From an uncultured archaeon (GTDB taxonomy: Archaea; Thermoproteota; Nitrososphaeria; Nitrososphaerales; Gagatemarchaeaceae): a stretch of DNA of 64,000 nucleotides. The position numbers and the translations under genes were made by a program. Location of the stretch: the NCBI GenBank assembly GCA_963817525.1, contig CAWFOU010000007.1, positions 320,001 through 384,000 of the forward strand, given 5' to 3'. The notes beneath the pieces are model-generated. The model saw only the letters and a program-made list of their open reading frames with translations. It was not told where the DNA came from and did no database searches. Positions 49,744 through 58,202 of the stretch are shown one piece after another. The stretch's first letter is position 1. Every line of letters begins with the position of its first letter.

Positions 49744-51906
49744 TCACCACCGGCTAGCAAGGGACGCCGCCGCCAAGGACTTGAAGGGCGTCGTCCTCCG
49801 CACGATGGCGTAGAGCCCAAGGGCGGCCAGCAAGAAGCCGAGAGGCATCCCTGCCTGGCCTGCGATCGCCGTCATCAGCAGCGCAGCGAATAGGGGTTGG
49901 CCTACCGAGCCTGAGGACGTGCAGTCGTAGACCCCGACGAACGTCTGTGCACCGCTCGCGGTGACCGTCCTCGAGTCGACGCTGCTCCCGGTGTCCTGCC
50001 AGTTCTCGAACGTGCAGCTGCCATAGCTGTCCAGCGCGATCTCGTAAGAGGTGCCCGCTGTCACGTCCGTGAACGTCTCAGACGTGAACCCGGTGGAGAT
50101 TAGGCTCCCGCTTGAGCTGGAGAGCGTCGTCTCATAGCCCGTTATCGCGCCACCATTCTGGTTCACGGACTCTACCGTAATGCTCGGGGGCGTCGAGCCC
50201 GTCTGTGACCCGCAGCTCGAGCCGCTGTAGATGGCCTCGATCGTGGTGGATCCTGTGATCGAGATGGTCACGGGGTCCGCTGTGCTGCCCGTCACCCCGC
50301 CGCCCGACCAGGAGCTGAAGGTGCAAGGGCCGTAGCTGCTCGCCTCTATCTGGTAGCTCACGCCGCTGCTCAGCGTGTACGTCGAGGGGGTGAACCCGGT
50401 CCCGAGGGACGAGCCGCTCGAGCTCAACAGCTCGGTAGAGTACCCGGTCACCGCGTTACCCAGCGTGTTCTCAGAGCCCACGGTCAGCGTGTAGGTGGAC
50501 GGCGTCGAGCCCGTCTGTGACCCGCAGCTCGAGCCGCTGTAGATGGCGTATATGGTCGTGGCACTGGTTATGGCGATCGGCGTGGGATCTGTCGTCGCGC
50601 CGTTGGACCAGGAGCTGAAGGTGCAAGGGCCGTAGCTGCTCGCCTCTATCTGGTAGCTCACGCCGCTGCTCAGCGTGTACGTCGAGGGGGTGAACCCGGT
50701 CCCGAGGGACGAGCCGCTCGAGCTCAACAGCTCGGTAGAGTACCCGGTCACCGCGTTACCCAGCGTGTTCTCAGAGCCCACGGTCAGCGTGTAGGTGGAC
50801 GGCGTCGAGCCCGTCTGTGACCCGCAGCTCGAGCCGCTGTAGATGGCGTATATGGTCGTGGCACTGGTTATGGCGATCGGCGTGGGATCTGTCGTCGCGC
50901 CGTTGGACCAGGAGCTGAAGGTGCAAGGGCCGTAGCTGCTCGCCTCTATCTGGTAGCTCACGCCGCTGCTCAGCGTGTACGTCGAGGGGGTGAACCCGGT
51001 CCCGAGGGACGAGCCGCTCGAGCTCAACAGCTCGGTAGAGTACCCGGTCACCGCGTTACCCAGCGTGTTCTCAGAGCCCACGGTCAGCTGAGGGGAGCCG
51101 CTCGTCGCGGTCGAATCCATCGACGACATCATGGACAACATCGTGTCGAGGAAGCTGGGGAGGACGTCGTATGGATCCGCTCCCGAACCGCTCGTGAAGT
51201 ACACCCAACTCGCGTACGGGGCCACGCTCGACAGGTACGACTGGGTGGGCGTGCTGACGTCGTAGGCCATCACCGCAAAGTTGCTCGCGCTGTCGCCCAT
51301 CGCCGCGCTTTGAACCGTCGACGCGGTCGGATATCCAGGGTTCTCATAGATGACCATGACATTGACCGTCCCCACGTAGCTCGAGAGCGTGGAGGTGCCC
51401 GGGTTGCCCACGGTCAGGCCAAGCCCGAGGGAGTCGGCGTAGTCGGTCGCGGAAGAGTAGTAGCTCTGGTATCCGTTGCTGTTCGACATGCAGTCGAAGA
51501 ATATCCCGTTCACGTGGTACCAGCTCACGTAGTCCGAGATCCAGGACTCGACGGTCGAGAGACTCTCCGCTCCATAGGCGGTGTCGATGTATCCGACCAC
51601 AGTAATGCCCGCGGCTTGCAGGGTCTCGATTCCCGACACGAAGTTCGGGTCAGAAGAACTGCCGGGCCCGGTGCTGGTAGGATCTATGACCGCGATTATC
51701 GGGACATTGGGATACGCCTCCTTGGCTAGGATTAGCGCGGGCCAGGTGGAGCTCGTCGGATATGCGTAAAGGGGGACCATCAGGCCAGTTTGCGTTTGGG
51801 TGGCGGCAGATGCAGGGTGGACGGCTGCGGGGATGACCGCGAGCGTGAGGACGAACAAGACAGCGATGATCTCAATCCTTCCAGCGCTTGTTACGTAGTG
51901 TCTCAT
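49744..51906 (-). CDS. Surface protein with a spherulin-4 (GH135-like) domain, three 100-aa repeats and a C-terminal anchor
   Basis: GLMVPLYAYP, VIDPTSTGPG, VGYIDTAYG, GIFFD and VGNPGT motifs; repeats; C-terminal TM. Confidence 0.82.
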   Translation of the reverse strand: MRHYVTSAGRIEIIAVLFVLTLAVIPAAVHPASAATQTQTGLMVPLYAYPTSSTWPALILAKEAYPNVPIIAVIDPTSTGPGSSSDPNFVSGIETLQAAGITVVGYIDTAYGAESLSTVESWISDYVSWYHVNGIFFDCMSNSNGYQSYYSSATDYADSLGLGLTVGNPGTSTLSSYVGTVNVMVIYENPGYPTASTVQSAAMGDSASNFAVMAYDVSTPTQSYLSSVAPYASWVYFTSGSGADPYDVLPSFLDTMLSMMSSMDSTATSGSPQLTVGSENTLGNAVTGYSTELLSSSGSSLGTGFTPSTYTLSSGVSYQIEASSYGPCTFSSWSNGATTDPTPIAITSATTIYAIYSGSSCGSQTGSTPSTYTLTVGSENTLGNAVTGYSTELLSSSGSSLGTGFTPSTYTLSSGVSYQIEASSYGPCTFSSWSNGATTDPTPIAITSATTIYAIYSGSSCGSQTGSTPSTYTLTVGSENTLGNAVTGYSTELLSSSGSSLGTGFTPSTYTLSSGVSYQIEASSYGPCTFSSWSGGGVTGSTADPVTISITGSTTIEAIYSGSSCGSQTGSTPPSITVESVNQNGGAITGYETTLSSSSGSLISTGFTSETFTDVTAGTSYEIALDSYGSCTFENWQDTGSSVDSRTVTASGAQTFVGVYDCTSSGSVGQPLFAALLMTAIAGQAGMPLGFLLAALGLYAIVRRTTPFKSLAAASLASRW
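50306..51088. repeat. Perfect 300-bp tandem repeat (about 2.6 copies), in coding sequence
   Basis: Sequence lines at 50341, 50641 and 50941 are identical. Confidence 0.95.
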
Positions 51907-51929
51907 GGGGAGAATGCTCTGTAAAATTT

Positions 51930-52000
51930 TCATATAAAAGGCATATGACACATCTTTACATACGGAATCATATAAAAGACATATGACACGTGCCTACATA
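51930..52000. promoter_or_regulatory. Tandem palindromic operators overlapping TATA boxes
   Basis: Two 33-bp copies (28/33 identical, 38-bp period), each containing TCATAT-N7-ATATGA. Confidence 0.7.
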
Positions 52001-52110
52001 GAAAAGCTCTAGTCGTCTAACGTTAGAAACAAGTGAAAAATACCTCTGCAGGCAAGCTCCCAGTCCCTCGGCTTGTCGTCGAAGGGAATCTTCGACCACG
52101 AGCGTGCGAT

Positions 52111-53250
52111 TCAGCCTGTCAGGGTGAAATTGACGTTCGATTCGATGTACGTCATCGGCTGCATCCCGTCGAATTGCAATATCACGGTCGCGGTGTAGAC
52201 GCCGGGTTTGGCGGTTAGACCAAGGTACGAGGCCGTCGTGTTCCAGAGGAACTGGAAGGATATCTCGTGCCCCGTGGAGAGCTCAACGCTGCCCGCCTCG
52301 AACGGGACGACCGCGTCGCTGAAGAGGGCGCCTCCCTTCGAGTCCCTGATCGTGACGTTCCCGCTCAGCGAGGAGATCGTCGTCACATTCCCGTTCACTA
52401 ACGTGGCCTTGATGTTCATCGAGCCGCCGAGCGGGAAGATGGGCTGGAGGTACGTCTGGAGCGCAAGGCCCTCGGTAGAGTTCGTATCGACCGGCGTGGG
52501 GCAGGCAGGGGCCGTCGTACCATTGTCAGATGGCGTGCTCGAATTTACGGAGGATGCTATGCCCGTCGAGTCCGTCGCCAGGGTGAGGCACGAATCGGAC
52601 TCGACGTGAGTCAAGGGCTGTAGCCCGTCGAACTGGATCATCACCATGACGGTGTAGAGCTCGGGCTGCGGCGTGATTCCTTCATAGGTCGCTGAGGTGT
52701 TCCATAGGAACTGGAATGAAAGTTGGCCCCCATCCGCGAGTTCTAGGCTTCCTGCTTCGAAGGGGACTAGGGCGCTCTGGAACACCACGTCGCCCTGCGC
52801 ATCGGTGATCATTATGTTTCCGCTGAGCGAGGTGACGGTCGCCAGATTATCGCTGGACAGGACAGCCTTGATGCAGGTCGAGTCCCCCATGGTGATGCTC
52901 GGCGGGAGGAACGTCTGGATGGTCAGGCCATCAGTCGAATTCGTGTCCACGGGGGTCGTGCAACTCGAACTGGACGTGTCGTTGGTAGACGTCGCTTCGC
53001 TCGTCGTGGTGGTGGAATTTGTCGCCACTGTCTGGTTACCGCTGCTTGCTGAAGAGATTGCAAGGACCGTCGTCGAAGTAGATAATGACCCGAGGCTGCT
53101 GCTCGTCTCGTTCTGTGTGGTCTGTACATGGCCTAGGGAGCTGGTCGAGGCGATCTGACTCGGCCGCCCCTGAGAAGCATATCCCGCCAAGCCCACGGCA
53201 ATGACGATCACGACGATCACTGCGACGGCGCCTGTCACGCTAGGCTTCAT
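52111..53250 (-). CDS. Membrane-anchored surface protein with a Ser/Thr linker and two repeated beta-rich domains
   Basis: CxTPVDTNSTxGL...VPFEAGS.EL...SFQFLWNT...QFDG.QP occurs twice. Confidence 0.78.
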   Translation of the reverse strand: MKPSVTGAVAVIVVIVIAVGLAGYASQGRPSQIASTSSLGHVQTTQNETSSSLGSLSTSTTVLAISSASSGNQTVATNSTTTTSEATSTNDTSSSSCTTPVDTNSTDGLTIQTFLPPSITMGDSTCIKAVLSSDNLATVTSLSGNIMITDAQGDVVFQSALVPFEAGSLELADGGQLSFQFLWNTSATYEGITPQPELYTVMVMIQFDGLQPLTHVESDSCLTLATDSTGIASSVNSSTPSDNGTTAPACPTPVDTNSTEGLALQTYLQPIFPLGGSMNIKATLVNGNVTTISSLSGNVTIRDSKGGALFSDAVVPFEAGSVELSTGHEISFQFLWNTTASYLGLTAKPGVYTATVILQFDGMQPMTYIESNVNFTLTG

Positions 53251-53302
53251 GGTCTCTGACTCCACTTTGTGGAGGGTGCACCATGCGGCTTCAAACCTTG
53301 AG

Positions 53303-56300
53303 CTAAGCGCGCCGCGTCTTCATGACGCCTTCGCTGTTTTTCACTAGTAGAGTCTTCTGGAAGCCATACCAGGCTCCTCGACGGACGGCCTGGATCGTGC
53401 GGACGACCCCCAGAGACCCCAGCGCCACGACCACGAAGCCGATCGGTATGCCGATCTGGCTCATGATGGCCAACATCATCATCCCGATCGAGGGGCTTTG
53501 CGCCACAGAGCCTGAGGACGTGCAGTCGTACACTCCGACGAAGGTCATCGGACCAGCGGTCTGGGTGAAAGTCCGGGGGTACACCGAGCTGCCGGTGTCC
53601 TGCCAGTTCTCGAACGTGCAGCTGCCATAGCTGTCGAGCTGAATCTCGTAGCTCGTCCCCGCGGTCACGCTGGTGAAGGTGTTCGTCGTGAAGCCTGTGG
53701 CGAGCTGGCTCCCGCTTCCGGTGAATAACACCGCATAGTATCCAGGGATTGAGGCGCCATCCTGGTTCACAGACTCTACGATGACGCTTGGGGCGCCAGA
53801 AGACGAAGACGATGAGGACGAGGATGAAGACAGGGACGACGACGAAGACTTTGACGATGACGTTGAGGACGAGGACGAAGACTTTGAAGATGACGTTGAG
53901 GACGAGGACGAGGACTTTGAAGATGACGTTGAGGACGAGGACTTTGATGAGGACGTTGAGGACGAGGACGAAGACTTTGAAGATGACGTTGAGGACGAGG
54001 ACGAAGACTTTGAAGATGACGTTGAGGACGAGGACGAGGACTTCGAGGATGACGTTGAGGACGAGGAGGAGGACTTTGTGGATGACGACGAGGTCGAGGA
54101 TGACGCTGAGGACGAAGACTTTGACGAGGATGACGACGATGTCGAGGATGACGACGAGGTCGAGGATGACGACGAGGTCGAGGATGACACTGAGGACGAG
54201 GACACTGATGAAGAAGAGGAGGTTGAGCTTGTCTGTGACCCGCAGCTCGAGCCGCTGTAGACGGCCTCTATCGTTGTGGGTCCTGTGATCGAGATGGTCA
54301 CGGGGTCCGCTGTGCTGCCCGTCACCCCGCCGCCCGACCATGCGCTGAAGGTGCAGGAACCGTAACTGTCAGCTTGGATTTGGTAGCCGACACTATCATC
54401 CAGAGTGTATGGGGTCGGGGTAAATCCTGTCCCGAGCGACGAGCCGCTCGAACTGTACAGCTCATTGTAGTACCCGGTCACGGCATTCCCCAACGTATTC
54501 TCAGAGTCCACCGTCAGCTGGGAAGTTCCGCCCGACGAGGATGACGAAGATGACGAGGAGGAACTGATGGATGATGAGGGAGGGTCAGACGAACTGGATG
54601 ACGACGAACTACAAGAGGAGGAGCTTGACGAGGAACCTGATGAGCTAGAGGACGAGCTTGACGAACTCAAGGACGATTGCGTAGTCGAGCTAGTCGAGCT
54701 AGAGCTTGGCGATGAAGTAGTCGTGGACGTAGTGGAGCTTGGGGATGAAGAGGTACTAGTCGAAGACGATTGCGTAGTCGAGGTAGTCGAGGTAGTCGAG
54801 GTAGAGCTTGATGAGCTCAATGACGATTGCGTAGTCGAGGTAGACGTGGTGGAGCTTGGCGATGTAGTCGTGGACGTGGACGTGGACGTGGTGGACGAGT
54901 TAGTGGTTGGCGATGTAGTCGTGGACGTGGACGTGGACGTGGTGGACGAGTTAGTGGTTGGCGATGTAGTCGTGGACGTGGACGTGGACGTGGTGGAGCT
55001 TGGGGATGAAGAGCTAGTAGTCGTGGTCGAGGTAGTCGAGCTAGTCGAGGTAGAGCTTGGGGATGAAGAGCTAGTAGTCGTGGTCGAGGTAGTCGAGCTA
55101 GTCGAGCTAGTCGAGCTAGTCGAGCTAGTCGAGGTAGAGCTTGGGGATGAAGAGCTAGTAGTCGTGGACGTGGTGGAGCTTGGGGATGAAGAGCTAGTAG
55201 TCGTGGTCGAGGTAGTCGAGGTAGAGCTTGATGAGCTCAATGACGATTGCGTAGTCGAGGTAGACGTGGTGGAGCTTGGCGATGAAGAAGAGCTAGTCGA
55301 AAACGATTGCGAGGTAGAGCTAATGCCGCACGATGGCGATGAGGTGGTCGAGGGAGCGAACAGGTAGGTGTCTCCCGCCCAGAAGCTGGAGGCGCCGGTC
55401 GTGGCGATGACGGTGCTGCCTGAAAGCACCTCGAGGGTGGCTGAGAGCGGCAGGTCGTACGCGGCGATGTCGAGGGCCACAGGCGCAGAAGAGGTCCCGT
55501 TGTTCGTGCCCGAGGCGTACACAGTAGACCCGGAGACGAGCTCGGCCGTGTCGCCTGCAGTAACGTTCTGGACCGTGAGCACGTTGCTCAGAGTATCGTA
55601 ATAGTCAGAGTATTGGCCGAAGAGCAACTCGTTTGCGTCAGATGACTCTACTTCCAAGTAGGCGTTGAATGGCTCTGGCATGCTGAGACCCGCGCTCGTG
55701 CTCGAGTAGACCTCTGTGCCGTTCATGTAGATCTGGAGGAGGTTCGACCCGTTGGTGACGATGGTGCAGTCCTCCATCGAGGGACCACTGTTCGTATACG
55801 TCGGCCCCTCCCACAACTGGACATAACCCGTCGCTGAAACACTGTTTCCTGTAGCGATCAATGCGCCCCAGTAGTATTCATCCGAGGAACTGACCTGGCC
55901 GTAGCAAGTGACATAGTTGAGAATCCCGTTGTACGTCTGGACGTAGAGTCCGGTATTGAACGAGTTGGCGCTGATGTCCTTGATGCTCCTCGCCGGGATG
56001 ACGAGGTCCGTATGGTACAGCATGACGTTCTCGTTCGGAGATTCTGTGTAGATCCCGGCGAATTCCCCTGCGCTCGTCGCCTTGACGCCCAACCATAGTC
56101 CGGTGGATCCTTCGCATGCGACCCATGTCGCGCCTTCGCCCTCTGCGTCACCGTAGATCTTCCAGTATTTGGTATTGATACTGCTGGTCTCGTTGTTGTT
56201 GCCGCCGCTACTGCATCCGGTGTCCGCACCAGAAGTGAGCGAGTCGCTGGATACTAGGCCCGACCCGGTCTGGGTAAGCGTCCCTGAGTTACTCGCAGCC

Positions 56301-56383
56301 GTAGCCTGACTGACCAAGAGAAGAGGAAACGCCATAGATACGACCAGCAAAACTGCTATGCCTATCACAATCGTTCTGTGCAA
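53303..56383 (-). CDS. Large Ser/Thr-rich (mucin-like) surface glycoprotein
   Basis: Signal peptide, beta-rich N-domain, two S/T tracts, domains shared with 49744..51906 and a C-terminal TM. Confidence 0.82.
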   Translation of the reverse strand: MHRTIVIGIAVLLVVSMAFPLLLVSQATAASNSGTLTQTGSGLVSSDSLTSGADTGCSSGGNNNETSSINTKYWKIYGDAEGEGATWVACEGSTGLWLGVKATSAGEFAGIYTESPNENVMLYHTDLVIPARSIKDISANSFNTGLYVQTYNGILNYVTCYGQVSSSDEYYWGALIATGNSVSATGYVQLWEGPTYTNSGPSMEDCTIVTNGSNLLQIYMNGTEVYSSTSAGLSMPEPFNAYLEVESSDANELLFGQYSDYYDTLSNVLTVQNVTAGDTAELVSGSTVYASGTNNGTSSAPVALDIAAYDLPLSATLEVLSGSTVIATTGASSFWAGDTYLFAPSTTSSPSCGISSTSQSFSTSSSSSPSSTTSTSTTQSSLSSSSSTSTTSTTTTSSSSPSSTTSTTTSSSSPSSTSTSSTSSTSSTSSTTSTTTTSSSSPSSTSTSSTTSTTTTSSSSPSSTTSTSTSTTTSPTTNSSTTSTSTSTTTSPTTNSSTTSTSTSTTTSPSSTTSTSTTQSSLSSSSSTSTTSTTSTTQSSSTSTSSSPSSTTSTTTSSPSSSSTSSTTQSSLSSSSSSSSSSGSSSSSSSCSSSSSSSSDPPSSSISSSSSSSSSSSGGTSQLTVDSENTLGNAVTGYYNELYSSSGSSLGTGFTPTPYTLDDSVGYQIQADSYGSCTFSAWSGGGVTGSTADPVTISITGPTTIEAVYSGSSCGSQTSSTSSSSSVSSSSVSSSTSSSSSTSSSSSTSSSSSSKSSSSASSSTSSSSTKSSSSSSTSSSKSSSSSSTSSSKSSSSSSTSSSKSSSSSSTSSSKSSSSTSSSKSSSSSSTSSSKSSSSSSTSSSKSSSSSLSSSSSSSSSSSGAPSVIVESVNQDGASIPGYYAVLFTGSGSQLATGFTTNTFTSVTAGTSYEIQLDSYGSCTFENWQDTGSSVYPRTFTQTAGPMTFVGVYDCTSSGSVAQSPSIGMMMLAIMSQIGIPIGFVVVALGSLGVVRTIQAVRRGAWYGFQKTLLVKNSEGVMKTRRA
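53800..55320. repeat. Low-complexity coding minisatellites (33-bp SSSSSTSSSKS units; 9-bp and 48-bp S/T units)
   Basis: Repeated gaggacgaggacgaagactttgaagatgacgtt and tagtcgagc. Confidence 0.85.
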
Positions 56384-56746
56384 CTAGGGGAAAACCAGAG
56401 ACGCCAAGTTCTCATCGCCCAAGTGCCGAGCGAGTGTATTTTAGATAGAAGAATGCACCTTACACTCATAAGGGCCTAGCCTTCAGAATCGTGTTACAGA
56501 GGATTCCTCTAGTCGTTAGTTCCCAATTTTATGGAGCCGCGGCCTTCAGCCACTGGCAGAACGACGGCTCGACCGGCACGGGCAGGTCGACACCCTCCCC
56601 TATTTTTTTTCTATTCCCTTTTTTCGCGAGACGCTTTTGGAGCGTAGACAGCCATCGATTGGCAGGATAGAATCCGCACGAAGCCCTTCGGCGGCGTCGC
56701 TTGGAAATTCTATTGGCGCTTATAAGAAAAATCAGGCTTGGGCGCC

Positions 56747-57715
56747 ATGCCAAGGCTGCACTACCTGCACGAGATCTCTGAGGGGGGCGGGAAGGAGCGC
56801 TTCGTGTACTCCTGCTCCGAGTGCTCGTGCGTCCTCAACGTGTGCGCGGCGCTGGAACCCGTGGGCGACACCGTAGAGTCCCTCGAGAACCGCTGCCCTG
56901 GCTGCGGCTCTGCCCTCGAGGCCCGTGTCTCCTGCAGGTCCGCCCACATCCCCGAGGCGTGGGCGGAGATATCGCGCTCGGCCCACGCGAGGAGCGCGAG
57001 GGCGGAGACGAAGGTCGAGTTCCAGACCGCATCCTCTCTCCGCGGGTTCTCCTTCAACTTCGCGCCGCTCGACGCGCTGGTCGCGCACTACATCGACCCC
57101 GCGTGGTCGGTGGCCTTCACAGGGCGCTGCGCCAACGCGGTCGCGGAGTTCCTCTGCTTCAGGGCGCAGCTCCCCAAGGAGGCGGGGGGCTCGGACTCGA
57201 GCGTCGTGCTGATAGACGGGGGGAACCGCTCCGACCTCTACCTCTTCTCGGCGTACGCCAAGCTCTACGGGGTCCCCCCGAGAAAGGCCCTGAGGCGCGT
57301 GGTGACCAGCAGGGCGTTCACGATGTACCAGATGGCGGACCTGGTGGTGAACCAGCTCGGGCGGGTGGTCGACGAGTACGGGGCGAAGGTGGTGGTGCTC
57401 TCCGACGTCCTGGGCCTGCTCAACGAGGGGTCAGGGCTCCGCGAGGACGAGGCGTGGAGGCTCGCGGGCGCGGTCCGGCGCGGGCTGGACGGGGCGAGGA
57501 AGGAGAGGAAGCTCCTCACGTTCATGACGCTGGTGACGAAGACCCCCTACGACAGGGCGCTGACTGACCATGCGGACATCCTGGTCGGGCTCGAGGAGGC
57601 GGGCGGGGGCATCGAGGGGACGCTGCTCAAGCACCCCTTCAGGAAGCAGCCGGCGTCGCGGAGGTTCACGCTTCGCGACCTCCTCTTCCACAACCGCAAG
57701 GCGGGAGGTGCCTAG
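56747..57715 (+). CDS. Zn-ribbon plus inactivated RadA/RecA-like protein (iRadA, PolB2-associated type)
   Basis: CSEC...CPGC; FAPLDAL, VVLIDGGNRSDLY and SRAFTMYQM; no Walker A lysine. Confidence 0.78.
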   Translation: MPRLHYLHEISEGGGKERFVYSCSECSCVLNVCAALEPVGDTVESLENRCPGCGSALEARVSCRSAHIPEAWAEISRSAHARSARAETKVEFQTASSLRGFSFNFAPLDALVAHYIDPAWSVAFTGRCANAVAEFLCFRAQLPKEAGGSDSSVVLIDGGNRSDLYLFSAYAKLYGVPPRKALRRVVTSRAFTMYQMADLVVNQLGRVVDEYGAKVVVLSDVLGLLNEGSGLREDEAWRLAGAVRRGLDGARKERKLLTFMTLVTKTPYDRALTDHADILVGLEEAGGGIEGTLLKHPFRKQPASRRFTLRDLLFHNRKAGGA

Positions 57716-57717
57716 CC

Positions 57718-57954
57718 GTGGGAAGGACCGTCCCATCGTTCAGGGTCGCGGAGTCCCAGGAGATCGAGGAGTGGAGGCGCTTCAGGAGGTCGCTCCCCCG
57801 GGGGGACAGGGCCGCCTTCGACGAGATGCTCAACGCAGCGAGGCTCTACGCCTCCGCGTCCTCGGCCGCGGTGAGGACGTCCAGGTTCGAAGGGATGGCG
57901 ATGGCCATAGCGTTCCACCACTTCAAGGCGCTCGCGGAGGTGCGCGAAGAGTGA
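57718..57954 (+). CDS. Small helical PolB2-associated protein (arCOG07300/PPB2-like)
   Basis: MGRTVPSFR...EWRRFRRSL...DRAAFDEML. Confidence 0.75.
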   Translation: MGRTVPSFRVAESQEIEEWRRFRRSLPRGDRAAFDEMLNAARLYASASSAAVRTSRFEGMAMAIAFHHFKALAEVREE

Positions 57955-58202
57955 GTCTTTCAGACAAAGAAATCATGGAGGAGTTGGAGAGTTGGAAGGG
58001 GTTCGGGGACGCGCTCAAGGCGGAGGACAGGGAGCTCTTCACCGAGATGCTGAGGGAGTGCTACGAGTACGTCCCCTCGATGCACGCAAAGGCCTCGCCG
58101 TTCTCCGCGGAGGCCCTGCTCATGAGCGTCCTCTTCGTCCAGCACAAGAGGATCGCCCGCCTGGCCAAGGAGATAGAGGAGCTCAGGAAGAAGGAGCGCT
58201 AG
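57951..58202 (+). CDS. Second PPB2-like paralog
   Basis: ELESWKGFGDALKAEDRELFTEML...EALLMSVLFVQHKRI; GTGA overlap. Confidence 0.7.
   Translation: MSLSDKEIMEELESWKGFGDALKAEDRELFTEMLRECYEYVPSMHAKASPFSAEALLMSVLFVQHKRIARLAKEIEELRKKER

Noticed and set aside
50306-51088. Regular repeats as a possible CRISPR array
   Set aside because: The units are in-frame 300-bp coding repeats with no unique spacers and no cas genes
53781-55367. Extremely acidic Asp/Glu/Val-rich ORFs on the + strand (53781..54260 and 54567..55367)
   Set aside because: They are antisense shadows of the Ser/Thr tracts in the 1026-aa surface protein; TCx/ACx codons give stop-free reverse frames
56700-56730. DNA-damage-responsive element (ANTTTC-like) upstream of iRadA
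   Set aside because: A single 6-bp match on the opposite strand cannot be told apart from chance
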